NCBI GenBank assembly: GCA_937967455.1
Contig: CALCJK010000013.1
Coordinates: 6,302 to 70,301, forward strand
Origin: an uncultured bacterium
GTDB taxonomy: Bacteria > Bacteroidota > Ignavibacteria > UBA10030 > BY39
Length of the DNA: 64,000 bases
Direction: 5' to 3'
This document shows positions 48,988 through 58,746 of the stretch, one piece after another. The position numbers and the translations under genes were made by a program. Position 1 is the stretch's first letter; each line of letters starts with the position of its first letter. The notes beneath the pieces were generated by a model. It worked only from the letters and a program-made list of their open reading frames with translations, had not been told where the DNA came from and ran no database searches.

Positions 48988-49083
48988 ATCCGTCTTAAAT
49001 TTACCTTAATATAAAAAACTTTTTTGAAAATTACTATATGTTTGGAAATCTTGAATTTCTTTATCATATTTTATTTTGATTTT

Positions 49084-51411
49084 ATGACTTTTTTAGCAAA
49101 AAATAATAAATTTCCAGAAAGTTTAGAAAAACACAATCAGCTGAAAAATGTTTTATACAAACTTTTTATTACTTCAGCTCTCATTTTTCTGATAGTATTA
49201 ATGTTTCCCAAAGAAGAATCCTACTTTTTTGATTATAAGTTGGGAGCAATCTGGACATCTAATGATTTAATTGCCCCATTTTCTTTCCCAATTTTTAAAG
49301 ATAAAGAGCAATATAAAATAGAAGTTGAAGAGGCTAAAGAAAAAGTTTATCCTGTTTTTGTTGCTGATCCTAGAAGAATAATAACAGCTCAGGATAGCTT
49401 AAATATATTTTTTGAAACTCTAAAAAGTTTAATAACTGCTGGGAATACACCAGATTCGGTTGTATTAACGAAATTCCCATTTTTGAAAGATGATGAATTT
49501 ATAAGATCAATTAAAAAAATCGGTTATATTAATTATATTGAAAAAGAAATCCAAGCTATATTCAGAGAAGTCTATACTATTGGTATTCTAGATATTCCAA
49601 AAGCTAAAATTCGGAAAAGTAATATTGCAATTCGGCGAGGTGTGTTTGAGGAGATTTTGCCTATAAATAAATTTTATGATGAAGCACAAGCCTTAAAATT
49701 TGTTGAGGAAGAACTAAATAAGAGATTCGAAAACTCCAAAACCAAGGAACATTTTTATAACATAATATCAAATTTATTACAACCAAATATTATTTTTAAT
49801 CAGGAGGAAACAGATAAACTTATTCTCGCTGCAATAGAAAATGTCCCCAAGACAATTGGTTTTGTACAACAAAACGAAAAAATTATAAGCAAGCATGAGA
49901 GAATTACATTAGATACAAAACTAAAATTAGAATCTTTAGAAAAGATTCTATCTGAAAAAGAATATCAAAAAGGATCTACATCAAAAGTCGTAGGGCAAGT
50001 TTTACACACAGCTTTAGTACTATTGTTATTTGGTGTTTACCTTTTTTTATTTAGAAAAAAAGTTTTTTATGATAATAAAAAACTAATTTTAATTTCGATA
50101 ATAATTCTTATACAAGTATTATTCTCCTATTTATCTTTTAAGTTGAATATGGAAGTATCTGTAAAGTATTTAATTTTTCTCCCTGCATCTGCAATGTTGC
50201 TTACTATAATATATGATTCACGTTTAGCTTTTTTTGGTAGTGTGGTTATGGCGTTTCTTGTTGCAGCTGTAAGAGGAAATGATTATGAACTCGCACTTGT
50301 AATGTTAGTTGCTGCAACTCTTTCGGCATATACAGTTAGAAATATAAAACAAAGAACCCAGATATTTAGATCTATGATTTTTATTTTTATAGGCCTGGGT
50401 TTTTCAGTTGTAGCATTTGGACTTGAAAGATCTGAGAGTTTTATAAATATTACTCAAAATTTAGGTTTGGTTTTAATTAACTCAATAATTTCGCCTATAC
50501 TAACATATGGGTTGTTGATATTTTTTGAAAAATCCTTTAATGTTACTACAGATTTAACATTAATGGAACTCACCGATCCAAATCATCCGCTGCTAAAGAT
50601 TTTAAGAGAAAAAACTCCAGGGACCTATCATCACAGTATGGTACTTGGAAATTTAGCTGAAGCAGCAGCTTTTGCTATAAATGCAAATCCTATACTGGCT
50701 AAGGTTGGTGCTTATTATCATGATATCGGTAAAACAACTAAACCAGAATATTTTATAGAAAACGAGTTTCAGAAAAGAAGTAGACATCAAAGATTAACAC
50801 CCAGAATGAGTGCTCGCATTATAATTGCTCATGTTAAAGATGGTATTGAGCTTGCAAGAGAGTATGGATTGCCAGAGGAAGTGATTAAGTTCATTCCAGA
50901 ACATCATGGAACAACTCGACTATCTTATTTTTACGATAAAGCACTAAAACAGGCTGCTGCACGTAAATCAAAACATGAAGTTAATGAAGCTGATTATCGT
51001 TATCCAGGTCCCAAACCTCAATCAAAAGAAACAGCAATTGTGATGCTGGCTGATATAGTAGAAGCTTTTACAAGAAGTTTACAAAATCTAACTGCATCGC
51101 GACTAGAATCAGCTATTGATGAGAGAATCAAAATGAGATTTATTGAAGGAGAACTCAATGAATGTAATCTTACTTTAAAAGACCTTACAAAAATAAAAGA
51201 AGCATTTCTTCAAATCTTAATAGGGACATATCATCAAAGAATTGAATATCCACAAGCAGAAGAAGCTGAAAAGATCATTGAAGCTTCTCAGGATAAACAG
51301 GATGTAAAACCTGAAGAAGGCGCTCTTCAGGAAAAAAATATTAAAACATCAAATGAAATAGATGAAATTAAAAGAGAAAATGAGCAAGGTGAGCCTACAG
51401 GAAATGCTTAA
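49084..51411 (+). CDS. 7TM receptor with intracellular HD-GYP-type HDIG phosphohydrolase domain (PgpH-like)
   Basis: ORF 49024-51411. Likely start MTFLAKNNK at 49084. Extracellular 7TMR-HDED-like N-terminal domain, 7 TM helices, C-terminal HD domain with YYHDIGKT. Confidence 0.7.
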   Translation: MTFLAKNNKFPESLEKHNQLKNVLYKLFITSALIFLIVLMFPKEESYFFDYKLGAIWTSNDLIAPFSFPIFKDKEQYKIEVEEAKEKVYPVFVADPRRIITAQDSLNIFFETLKSLITAGNTPDSVVLTKFPFLKDDEFIRSIKKIGYINYIEKEIQAIFREVYTIGILDIPKAKIRKSNIAIRRGVFEEILPINKFYDEAQALKFVEEELNKRFENSKTKEHFYNIISNLLQPNIIFNQEETDKLILAAIENVPKTIGFVQQNEKIISKHERITLDTKLKLESLEKILSEKEYQKGSTSKVVGQVLHTALVLLLFGVYLFLFRKKVFYDNKKLILISIIILIQVLFSYLSFKLNMEVSVKYLIFLPASAMLLTIIYDSRLAFFGSVVMAFLVAAVRGNDYELALVMLVAATLSAYTVRNIKQRTQIFRSMIFIFIGLGFSVVAFGLERSESFINITQNLGLVLINSIISPILTYGLLIFFEKSFNVTTDLTLMELTDPNHPLLKILREKTPGTYHHSMVLGNLAEAAAFAINANPILAKVGAYYHDIGKTTKPEYFIENEFQKRSRHQRLTPRMSARIIIAHVKDGIELAREYGLPEEVIKFIPEHHGTTRLSYFYDKALKQAAARKSKHEVNEADYRYPGPKPQSKETAIVMLADIVEAFTRSLQNLTASRLESAIDERIKMRFIEGELNECNLTLKDLTKIKEAFLQILIGTYHQRIEYPQAEEAEKIIEASQDKQDVKPEEGALQEKNIKTSNEIDEIKRENEQGEPTGNA

Positions 51412-52300
51412 ATCTTACATTCACTTTTTAGAACTTGAAAAAAATTTGTCTGAAAACACAATTTTATCCTATAAACATAATATTGAAAATTATATAAATT
51501 ATCTTTCTGAAAAAAATATTTCCAATCCTGATAAAATTGAAGAAAATGATGTCAGAGATTTTATACGACAATTATCAAATTTGTTATTATCACCTAAAAC
51601 CATATCACAAAATATCTCGGCAATAAGAAGTTTTCATAAATTTTTGCTTAACGATGGATATGCTTTATCAAATCCTTCTGAAAATTTATCACTTCCAAAA
51701 TTACCTAAAAATTTACCTGAGGTGCTAACTTATCAAGAAATTGAACAAATATTAAACTCTATTGATACTAATCATCAGATTGGAATAAGAGATAGAGCAA
51801 TATTAGAGACATTGTACGCAACAGGTATGCGAGTGAGTGAGTTGATAACGCTAAAACACCAGGACATTAACTTTGAACTTGGAATTGTAAGAGTTTTTGG
51901 AAAAGGTTCCAAAGAGAGAGTGGTGCCAATTGGTAGCTCAGCACTTTCCTGGATTAAAAAATATCAGCAAGAAGCGAGGATATTCTTTATTGAAAATCAG
52001 AGAAGGTTAAATTATCGTTCTACAGATATTTTGTTTTTAAATGTACGAGGTAAACCACTTACCAGGATGGCTATCTGGTTGATGGTTTCAAAGTATACAA
52101 AAGCAGCAAGGATTGATAAAGTTGTCCATCCTCATACATTCCGGCATTCTTTTGCCACACATCTTCTGGAAGGTGGTGCAAACTTAAGAGCTGTACAGGA
52201 AATGCTAGGGCATTCTGATATCTCAACTACAGAAATTTATACACATATAGATAGAAATTATTTAATAGAAGTACATAAAACATATCATCCAAGAGCATAA
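51404..52300 (+). CDS. xerD: site-specific tyrosine recombinase XerD-like
   Basis: ORF from 51362. Probable start MLKSYIHFLELEKNLSENT, overlapping the upstream stop by 8 nt. C-terminal R...HxxR...LGHSDISTTEIYTHI catalytic signature. Confidence 0.75.
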   Translation: MLKSYIHFLELEKNLSENTILSYKHNIENYINYLSEKNISNPDKIEENDVRDFIRQLSNLLLSPKTISQNISAIRSFHKFLLNDGYALSNPSENLSLPKLPKNLPEVLTYQEIEQILNSIDTNHQIGIRDRAILETLYATGMRVSELITLKHQDINFELGIVRVFGKGSKERVVPIGSSALSWIKKYQQEARIFFIENQRRLNYRSTDILFLNVRGKPLTRMAIWLMVSKYTKAARIDKVVHPHTFRHSFATHLLEGGANLRAVQEMLGHSDISTTEIYTHIDRNYLIEVHKTYHPRA

Positions 52301-52310
52301 GGAATTTTCT

Positions 52311-53744
52311 ATGAGTTTTACTTACATAAGAGATCAAATTATTGGTGTTGATGTTGAAGTCCCGACTTTTGATGGGACAAAAAGAAAATATGTATATCTG
52401 GATAATGCTGCCAGTACACCTGCATTTAAATCGGTTTTAAAATGTATTCAGGAATTTCTACCGTACTATTCAGGTGTTCACCGTGGGACAGGTTTTAAAT
52501 CTTTGCTTTCTACCGAATTATTTGATAGTGCACATGAAATAGCTGGTAATTTTGTAAATGCAAATCTTTCAAACAATACTGTTATCTTTGTTAAAAACAC
52601 AACAGAAGCGGTTAATAAACTTGCTGCACGCCTGTGTCTGAATAAAGATGATATAATTGTTACAACTATGATGGAACACCACTCAAACGATTTGCCATGG
52701 AGAAAATATGCAAAAGTTGTTTATGTGAAAACTGATTCCATGGGTTATCTCGACTTGAATCATCTTGAAGATTTAGTGAGGAAATATAACCAAAATATAA
52801 AACTGATTGCTGTTAGTGGAGCTTCTAATATTACCGGTTATATAAATCCAATTTATCAGATTGCTAAACTTGCTCACAGTTATGGTATTAAAATATTCGT
52901 AGATGCGGCACAATTAATTGCTCATCGCAAATTAGATGTTAAGCCAGACGAAAGTGAAGAGCATATAGATTTTGTTGCTTTTTCTGCGCATAAAATGTAT
53001 GCACCATTTGGTACGGGTGTTCTGATAGGACCCAAAAAAAATTTTGAGGCAGGAGATCCGGATATTGTTGGTGGCGGCGTTGTTGAAATCGTAACTCTGG
53101 AAGAAGTGTACTGGACTTATCCTCCATTTAAAGAAGAAGCTGGAAGTCCAAATGTAATCGGAGGGGTAGCTCTTGCAAGAGCAATTCTGCAACTTCATGA
53201 AATTTCAATGGAAAAAATTGCTCAACACGAGGGAAATTTACTTCAATATGCATATACAAAATTGAAAAAAATCCCCGGAATAGAACTTTATGGAGATACT
53301 AATAATTTGGAAAACAAAGTAGGTGTAATTCCCTTCAATATAAAGGGCATACATCATGCCTTAACTGCCAGTATATTAAGTTTTGAAGGTGGAATTGGAG
53401 TAAGAAATGGTTGTTTCTGCGCTCATCCTTATGTTAAACATTTACTGAAACTAAATCAAGATGAGGAAATACAATTAATTACCCAGATACGAAATGGTGA
53501 TAAATCCAATTTGCCCGGTATGGTAAGAGCAAGTTTAGGTTGTTATAATAACGAAGAAGATATTGATAGATTGGTTCAAATGATTGAAAAAATTGTGAAT
53601 AATGAATATAAAGGTAAATATATCCTGAACCAGCGTACAGGAACGTATACTCTACAGGGGTTTAATATAAATTTAAAAGAATACTTCCCATTACATCCGG
53701 AAAGTTCGTTCTATATGGATAAACATTATCCTGAGTCGGCATAA
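52311..53744 (+). CDS. class V aminotransferase-fold PLP enzyme (cysteine desulfurase / selenocysteine lyase-like)
   Basis: 477 aa. YLDNAAST and FSAHKMYAPFGTGVL (PLP lysine) match the class V fold. ~60 aa N-terminal extension. Confidence 0.6.
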   Translation: MSFTYIRDQIIGVDVEVPTFDGTKRKYVYLDNAASTPAFKSVLKCIQEFLPYYSGVHRGTGFKSLLSTELFDSAHEIAGNFVNANLSNNTVIFVKNTTEAVNKLAARLCLNKDDIIVTTMMEHHSNDLPWRKYAKVVYVKTDSMGYLDLNHLEDLVRKYNQNIKLIAVSGASNITGYINPIYQIAKLAHSYGIKIFVDAAQLIAHRKLDVKPDESEEHIDFVAFSAHKMYAPFGTGVLIGPKKNFEAGDPDIVGGGVVEIVTLEEVYWTYPPFKEEAGSPNVIGGVALARAILQLHEISMEKIAQHEGNLLQYAYTKLKKIPGIELYGDTNNLENKVGVIPFNIKGIHHALTASILSFEGGIGVRNGCFCAHPYVKHLLKLNQDEEIQLITQIRNGDKSNLPGMVRASLGCYNNEEDIDRLVQMIEKIVNNEYKGKYILNQRTGTYTLQGFNINLKEYFPLHPESSFYMDKHYPESA

Positions 53745-53764
53745 ATTAAACAATTAACTTTAAT

Positions 53765-54862
53765 ATGATTTTAAAAATAATATTTACGATCATTATTCTA
53801 ATTCATGGTTTAATACATTTCTTGGGATTTTTAAAAGCCTTTAGTTTTGCAGAAGTTCCTCAATTAAAACAAGAAATCAATCAATTTACAGGAGTAATCT
53901 GGCTAATTTCAGGATTGGCATTTTTAATTGTGGCAATTACAATCTGGCTTTATCCTGATAAATGGTGGCTGTTTGGAATTTTAGCAATAGTTTTATCACA
54001 GATAATTATTTTCACTTCCTGGCAGGATGCTAAATTTGGTACAATTGCTAATATTATAATTTTGTTTATTTCTATTCTGAACTACGGTAGTTTCAGCTTT
54101 GAAAGAGAATATAAAAAAGATGTAGAGGCAAAACTGTCAATCAATAAATTTTCTTCTGAAGATATACTAACAGATGCAGATCTGATTGAGTTGCCTTTAC
54201 CTGTCCAACGTTATCTTAGATATGTAGGGGCTGTTAATAAACCAAAAGTTAAAAATATGAGAGTTGTAATGGAAGGCGAAATGAGAGAAAAGGGTAAGGA
54301 TTGGTTTACATTCCATTCTGAACAATATAACTTCTTTGATAACCCAGCACGATTATTTTTTATGAAAGGTAGAATGTTTGGTTTAAATGTTCCCGGATAT
54401 CATAAATTTGCTGAAGGTAAAGCTTCAATGAATATAAAACTTTTCGGAATGTTTTCGGTTGTACAGCATTTAGGCGGAGTAATGAATAAAACTGAAACCG
54501 TAACTTATTTCAATGATATGTGTTTAATGGCTCCTGCAGCTTTAATTGATAAAAGAATAAAATGGGAATCTATCGACGAGAGAACTGTTAAAGCTAAATT
54601 TGTAAATGGAGATATTGATATAACTGCTACATTGTATTTTGATGATGATGGTAAGTTAGTAAACTTTTTATCCTATGATAGAACTTCGGTTTCTGATATG
54701 AAACAGTATCCATTTTCCACACCTGTTAATAAGTATGATAACTTTAATGGATATAAAATCGTAGCAGAAGGTGATGGTGTTTGGCATTATCCAGATGAAA
54801 AATTTGTTTATGGTAAATTTTCTATTAAAGATATAGAGTATAATGTTTCAATTTTTAAATGA
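53765..54862 (+). CDS. hypothetical membrane protein (3-4 N-terminal TM helices plus ~240 aa soluble domain)
   Basis: 365 aa. Hydrophobic N-terminus. No recognisable motif in the C-terminal domain. Confidence 0.45.
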   Translation: MILKIIFTIIILIHGLIHFLGFLKAFSFAEVPQLKQEINQFTGVIWLISGLAFLIVAITIWLYPDKWWLFGILAIVLSQIIIFTSWQDAKFGTIANIIILFISILNYGSFSFEREYKKDVEAKLSINKFSSEDILTDADLIELPLPVQRYLRYVGAVNKPKVKNMRVVMEGEMREKGKDWFTFHSEQYNFFDNPARLFFMKGRMFGLNVPGYHKFAEGKASMNIKLFGMFSVVQHLGGVMNKTETVTYFNDMCLMAPAALIDKRIKWESIDERTVKAKFVNGDIDITATLYFDDDGKLVNFLSYDRTSVSDMKQYPFSTPVNKYDNFNGYKIVAEGDGVWHYPDEKFVYGKFSIKDIEYNVSIFK

Positions 54863-54985
54863 TGAAGTTCCTTTTACAATTAAAATGTGCTTTCGATTTT
54901 AATATATACTTGGAATGTCAGAGGGCTAACTCATCTAAAAACTTAAAGAATAAATTATTTAAAACTGAATAAACATAGGACCAAT

Positions 54986-55735
54986 ATGTCAGGTATTAAG
55001 ATTGAAGAAATTGAAAATATCAAGCGAGGTGTTAGCTGGAGTGAAATAAAAAATAGTATGAAGCAACAGGGTTGCCCGATTTGTATCCTAATATCACAAT
55101 CAGTTGAAAAATATTTTAAGTTTCTCTTATATGAATATGCGCTTGATGCCACAGTTCAAAAGAAGATTCAAATGTCATTTGGATTGTGTAGCATTCATAC
55201 AAGGATTCTAAAAGATTCTGAAATAAAACTGAAAAGTGATGGATTAAATATCAGTGTGCTTTATGAGAATGTTTTAAAAAAAGAATTGAAGATACTAAAA
55301 CAGGCTGAGAATAAAATCAAAGAAACAAATGCAAAATTATATAGCATTGTTAAGAAAAAGGCAGATCTGTCTAATTATAAAAAAGTGATAACTTCTGAAA
55401 TGCAATCTAAAGCTGGATGCTTGGGTTGTTTGAACCAGAAGGAGAACGAATCCTTTTACACTCACGAGATTATAAGATTATATGCTGATCAAGAATTTAG
55501 AGAAAGGTTTGAGAAATATAATGTAATGTTGTGCAGAAGACATTTTATATTTTTAGTAAACGAATCAGAAAGTAAGGAAGCGATAGAATATTTTTTGAAG
55601 GTGCAACAGCAGAAAATTTCGGAATTATATACTCAATTAACAGATTTCATCGAGAAGCACGACCATCGGTTAAAAAGTCAGATGACAGATGTTGAGAGGA
55701 GATCATGGGAAAGGGTTCTGGAATATTTTGGATAG
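54986..55735 (+). CDS. hypothetical metal-binding protein with duplicated CxxC-x34-CxxH module
   Basis: 249 aa. C30xxC33...C68xxH71 and C145xxC148...C183xxH186 with identical 34-residue spacing. Lysine-rich linker. Confidence 0.5.
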   Translation: MSGIKIEEIENIKRGVSWSEIKNSMKQQGCPICILISQSVEKYFKFLLYEYALDATVQKKIQMSFGLCSIHTRILKDSEIKLKSDGLNISVLYENVLKKELKILKQAENKIKETNAKLYSIVKKKADLSNYKKVITSEMQSKAGCLGCLNQKENESFYTHEIIRLYADQEFRERFEKYNVMLCRRHFIFLVNESESKEAIEYFLKVQQQKISELYTQLTDFIEKHDHRLKSQMTDVERRSWERVLEYFG

Positions 55736-55773
55736 AGATTAAGTTATTTTTCATTTGTTTATAGAAATAGGAT

Positions 55774-56700
55774 TTATAATTTAGCTTTTTTGAGAAGCTT
55801 TGTAATCAGATTTAATTTATCAAGAGCCGCTATTTCGCCAGCAGTTATAATTTCTTTTGCTTTATAAAAAGCAAGTAAATCATATTTATTAACATCTGGT
55901 TTTATTAGCACATCGGGTGGATGGTTTTTTAAATTTATTTCTAAAATTTTGTTTTCCATAATTGATAAAGATTGTCGGAGTGTTTGAAAAAGAGTAGGAT
56001 ATTCTTTTAGAAATTTATCATTTTGTTTTTTATTTGAATTTACTTTTATTCGTTCTAAGATTTTGAATTTGTTTTTGATTTCTGTGAATTTTTTATTTAT
56101 CCTGCTATATAAAATATTTTCTTTTTTGGATTTGAATTGTCCGGGTTCTGGTGTAACATTAACAGCTATAACTATAGTTGCGCCATATTGCTTTGCAACA
56201 TTTACAGGTAGTGGATTTACAAGTCCGCCATCCACTAAATAATTTTGTTTATATAGAACAGGTTTAAACAATCCGGGTATAGCTATGCTTGTTAGTATTG
56301 CATCCACAACTGTACCTTTTGTATGTAGAACTTCTTCACCTGTGGTAATATCTGTAGCAACTGCAATGAAGGGAATATTTAGGCTTTCGATTTTTTTCTC
56401 ACCCAGATAAATTTTTAAATAATTTTTAATTTGTTCTCCATCTATGAAGCCAGAAGTCGATATACTTGGCAGCAGCATCTTTGCTACGAATTTTTTATCT
56501 GTTGATAGTGCAAGTTCTTCCATTATGGAAAGTTTTATGCCTGCTGCATAGAAGGCACCAACAAAAGCACCGATACTTGTACCAACAATTAAGTGGATTG
56601 GGATATTATATTTCTCCAAAATTTTTAGAACTCCGATATGAGCTAGACCTCTTGCGCCGCCGCTACCTAAAACAAGCGCTATTTTAGATTTTTCTTGCAT
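55774..56700 (-). CDS. patatin-like phospholipase (RssA/YchK family)
   Basis: 308 aa. Oxyanion LGSGGARG. Nucleophile GTSIG (GxSxG). Catalytic DGG. C-terminal DVLIKP parallels E. coli RssA DILIQP. Confidence 0.8.
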   Translation of the reverse strand: MQEKSKIALVLGSGGARGLAHIGVLKILEKYNIPIHLIVGTSIGAFVGAFYAAGIKLSIMEELALSTDKKFVAKMLLPSISTSGFIDGEQIKNYLKIYLGEKKIESLNIPFIAVATDITTGEEVLHTKGTVVDAILTSIAIPGLFKPVLYKQNYLVDGGLVNPLPVNVAKQYGATIVIAVNVTPEPGQFKSKKENILYSRINKKFTEIKNKFKILERIKVNSNKKQNDKFLKEYPTLFQTLRQSLSIMENKILEINLKNHPPDVLIKPDVNKYDLLAFYKAKEIITAGEIAALDKLNLITKLLKKAKL

Positions 56701-56938
56701 TCTTTGAGAGAATATAACAAAAATTTAGCAAATAGATGATATACTTTTAATGTAAATATTCGTCATCTTGTTTTTTGTTTTGAAAAGGTATAAATTTAAC
56801 TGAAATTAAAAATGCAAAGCGAAATTTTAAAAGAAGTTTTAATAAATAGAAATAAATGAAAAATTCAATAGTATTTATAATTGAGAGTATTATACGAACT
56901 AAAAAAGATTTATTATGAGATGAAACCAAGTTAATTAT

Positions 56939-57853
56939 ATGAAGAAAAAACAAAAAATTTATGAAGTAAAATCCAAAATGAAGTTTAGTGATAATGTAGA
57001 TCAGGTTTATCATATTTTGGATTATAATTTTCCTGAAAAAAATTGTGTTTTTAAAGATGAACAAAAAGGCATTATGCTCTATCAAACTGATTGCATTAAA
57101 TTTATGGATATTTTAATTAACAAATATCCTGATGGTATTTTTGATATGATCTTTGCCGATCCACCGTATTTCTTATCAAATGGTGGAATAACCTGTTATG
57201 CTGGAAAAATGACAAAAGTAGATAAAGGCAACTGGGATAGATCAAAGGGAATTAATGAGAATCACGAATTTAATCTTATGTGGCTTTCGAGGTGTCAGAA
57301 ATTACTAAAACCTAATGGCACAATTTGGGTTTCAGGAACTCATCATGTTATTTATTCAGTGGGTTTTGCCATGCAACAATTAGAAATGAAAATATTAAAC
57401 GATATTGCATGGGAAAAACCCAATCCACCACCAAATCTTTCTTGTAGATACTTTACACATTCAACTGAGACAATTATATGGGCTGCAAAAAACACAAAGT
57501 CTAAACATACTTTTAATTATGATATTATAAGGAAAATTAATAAAGGTAAACAGATGAAAACTGTATGGACAATTCCTGCTCCGAACGGAAAAGAAAAAAA
57601 ATTTGGAAAGCATCCAACCCAAAAACCCGTTCAATTACTTGAAAGGATAATTTTAGCAAGTACTAAAGAAAAAGATCTGATTTTCGACCCTTTTGCTGGA
57701 AGTTCTACCACAGGAGTCGCTGCAATCAAATTAAATAGAAGATTTATTGGATGTGAACTTGAAAATGAGTATGTATCATTATCAATTAAAAGGTTAAAGG
57801 AATATATAAATAATGTAAATAGTTATCAAAATATTTTTGGTGATATTATATGA
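56939..57853 (+). CDS. beta-class DNA methyltransferase (DPPY motif; probably N6-adenine, possibly N4-cytosine)
   Basis: 304 aa. Motif IV FADPPY precedes motif I FDPFAGSSTTGVAA, the order that defines beta-class amino-MTases. Confidence 0.75.
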   Translation: MKKKQKIYEVKSKMKFSDNVDQVYHILDYNFPEKNCVFKDEQKGIMLYQTDCIKFMDILINKYPDGIFDMIFADPPYFLSNGGITCYAGKMTKVDKGNWDRSKGINENHEFNLMWLSRCQKLLKPNGTIWVSGTHHVIYSVGFAMQQLEMKILNDIAWEKPNPPPNLSCRYFTHSTETIIWAAKNTKSKHTFNYDIIRKINKGKQMKTVWTIPAPNGKEKKFGKHPTQKPVQLLERIILASTKEKDLIFDPFAGSSTTGVAAIKLNRRFIGCELENEYVSLSIKRLKEYINNVNSYQNIFGDII

Positions 57854-58389
57854 AAAAGGGAGGTGTTGGAGGAGCAAGTACTTTAACTGGTTTGAACTTC
57901 GAAAAAAAAGTTGATTTACATGTACTATTATCAAGAATTCCAGGATATGAGTTAAAAAAACCAAAAGACAGATCGGGAGTGGACGTGTATTTTAAAAATA
58001 ATTTAGTGGCTCGTTGTTTTAGAAAACATGAGTTTTATAAATTTCTTGATGAAAATAATATTAATTGGAAAAAATTAATTTCAAGGAAACTTCTTCCGGA
58101 TGATGCAATGCTTGTAATTATCAGAGAAACCTTATTTATAATCGAAGTCAAATATCAACAGGTTGCTGGTTCGGTTGATGAGAAATTACAGACATGTGAT
58201 TTCAAAAGAAAACAATATTTAAAGCTGGTAACTCCATTAGGACTAAAAGTCGAATATGTGTATGTATTAAGTGAATGGTTCAATAAAAAAGAATATAAAG
58301 ATGTGTTGGATTATATTCAGAGTGTTAATTGTCACTATAAATTTAATGAATTACCACTCGCATGGTTAGGATTACCTGTTCAAAAGTGA
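57850..58389 (+). CDS. putative Type II restriction endonuclease (PD-(D/E)xK fold)
   Basis: 179 aa. The start overlaps the MTase stop (ATGA). Candidate catalytic triad FEKKV ... PDDAMLV ... IIEVK. Confidence 0.55.
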   Translation: MKKGGVGGASTLTGLNFEKKVDLHVLLSRIPGYELKKPKDRSGVDVYFKNNLVARCFRKHEFYKFLDENNINWKKLISRKLLPDDAMLVIIRETLFIIEVKYQQVAGSVDEKLQTCDFKRKQYLKLVTPLGLKVEYVYVLSEWFNKKEYKDVLDYIQSVNCHYKFNELPLAWLGLPVQK

Positions 58390-58746
58390 AAATCATTGAA
58401 TTATTAGTGTTTGAAGATTAATTTGTTTGGGATGGTTAATTCCAGAACTCAATCATTAAAAACACAAAATTTAAAGGTAAATTGCTGAAATTGGGAATTA
58501 AATTTGATATTTGAAAGAAATTTTATTGTTTTCGCTTGATTTTATCAGTTTTATAAATATTTAAAGTACCAAGAGAATATTTTTTTAAATTTTTCCGCAA
58601 ACATACATAAGTGTAACTATAATACTAATAGAAAGGGTTAATTGAAAGATTCACATTGTGCTGGATTAGTAGAGACTGGGTGGATCTCTTTAGATCAACA
58701 GCATTGAAATTTTAAAGCAGAATTCCGGGAGGGTTCTGCTATATTT

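Noticed and set aside
51404-52300. XerD-like recombinase as the integrase of a mobile element (with the nearby R-M genes)
   Set aside because: It has the canonical chromosomal XerD catalytic signature and sits in a housekeeping-like operon. I saw no flanking direct repeats, tRNA target or phage/conjugation genes.
55774-56700. Patatin-like phospholipase as an effector of an anti-phage system (CBASS-like)
   Set aside because: The sequence tracks E. coli RssA/YchK closely, including the DILIQP-like C-terminal motif. No cyclase, sensor or other defence partner is adjacent.
56747-57085. 112 aa minus-strand ORF in the patatin/MTase intergenic region
   Set aside because: The translation is only I/F/L/K/N-rich and overlaps the MTase start. 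It is most likely AT-rich noise.
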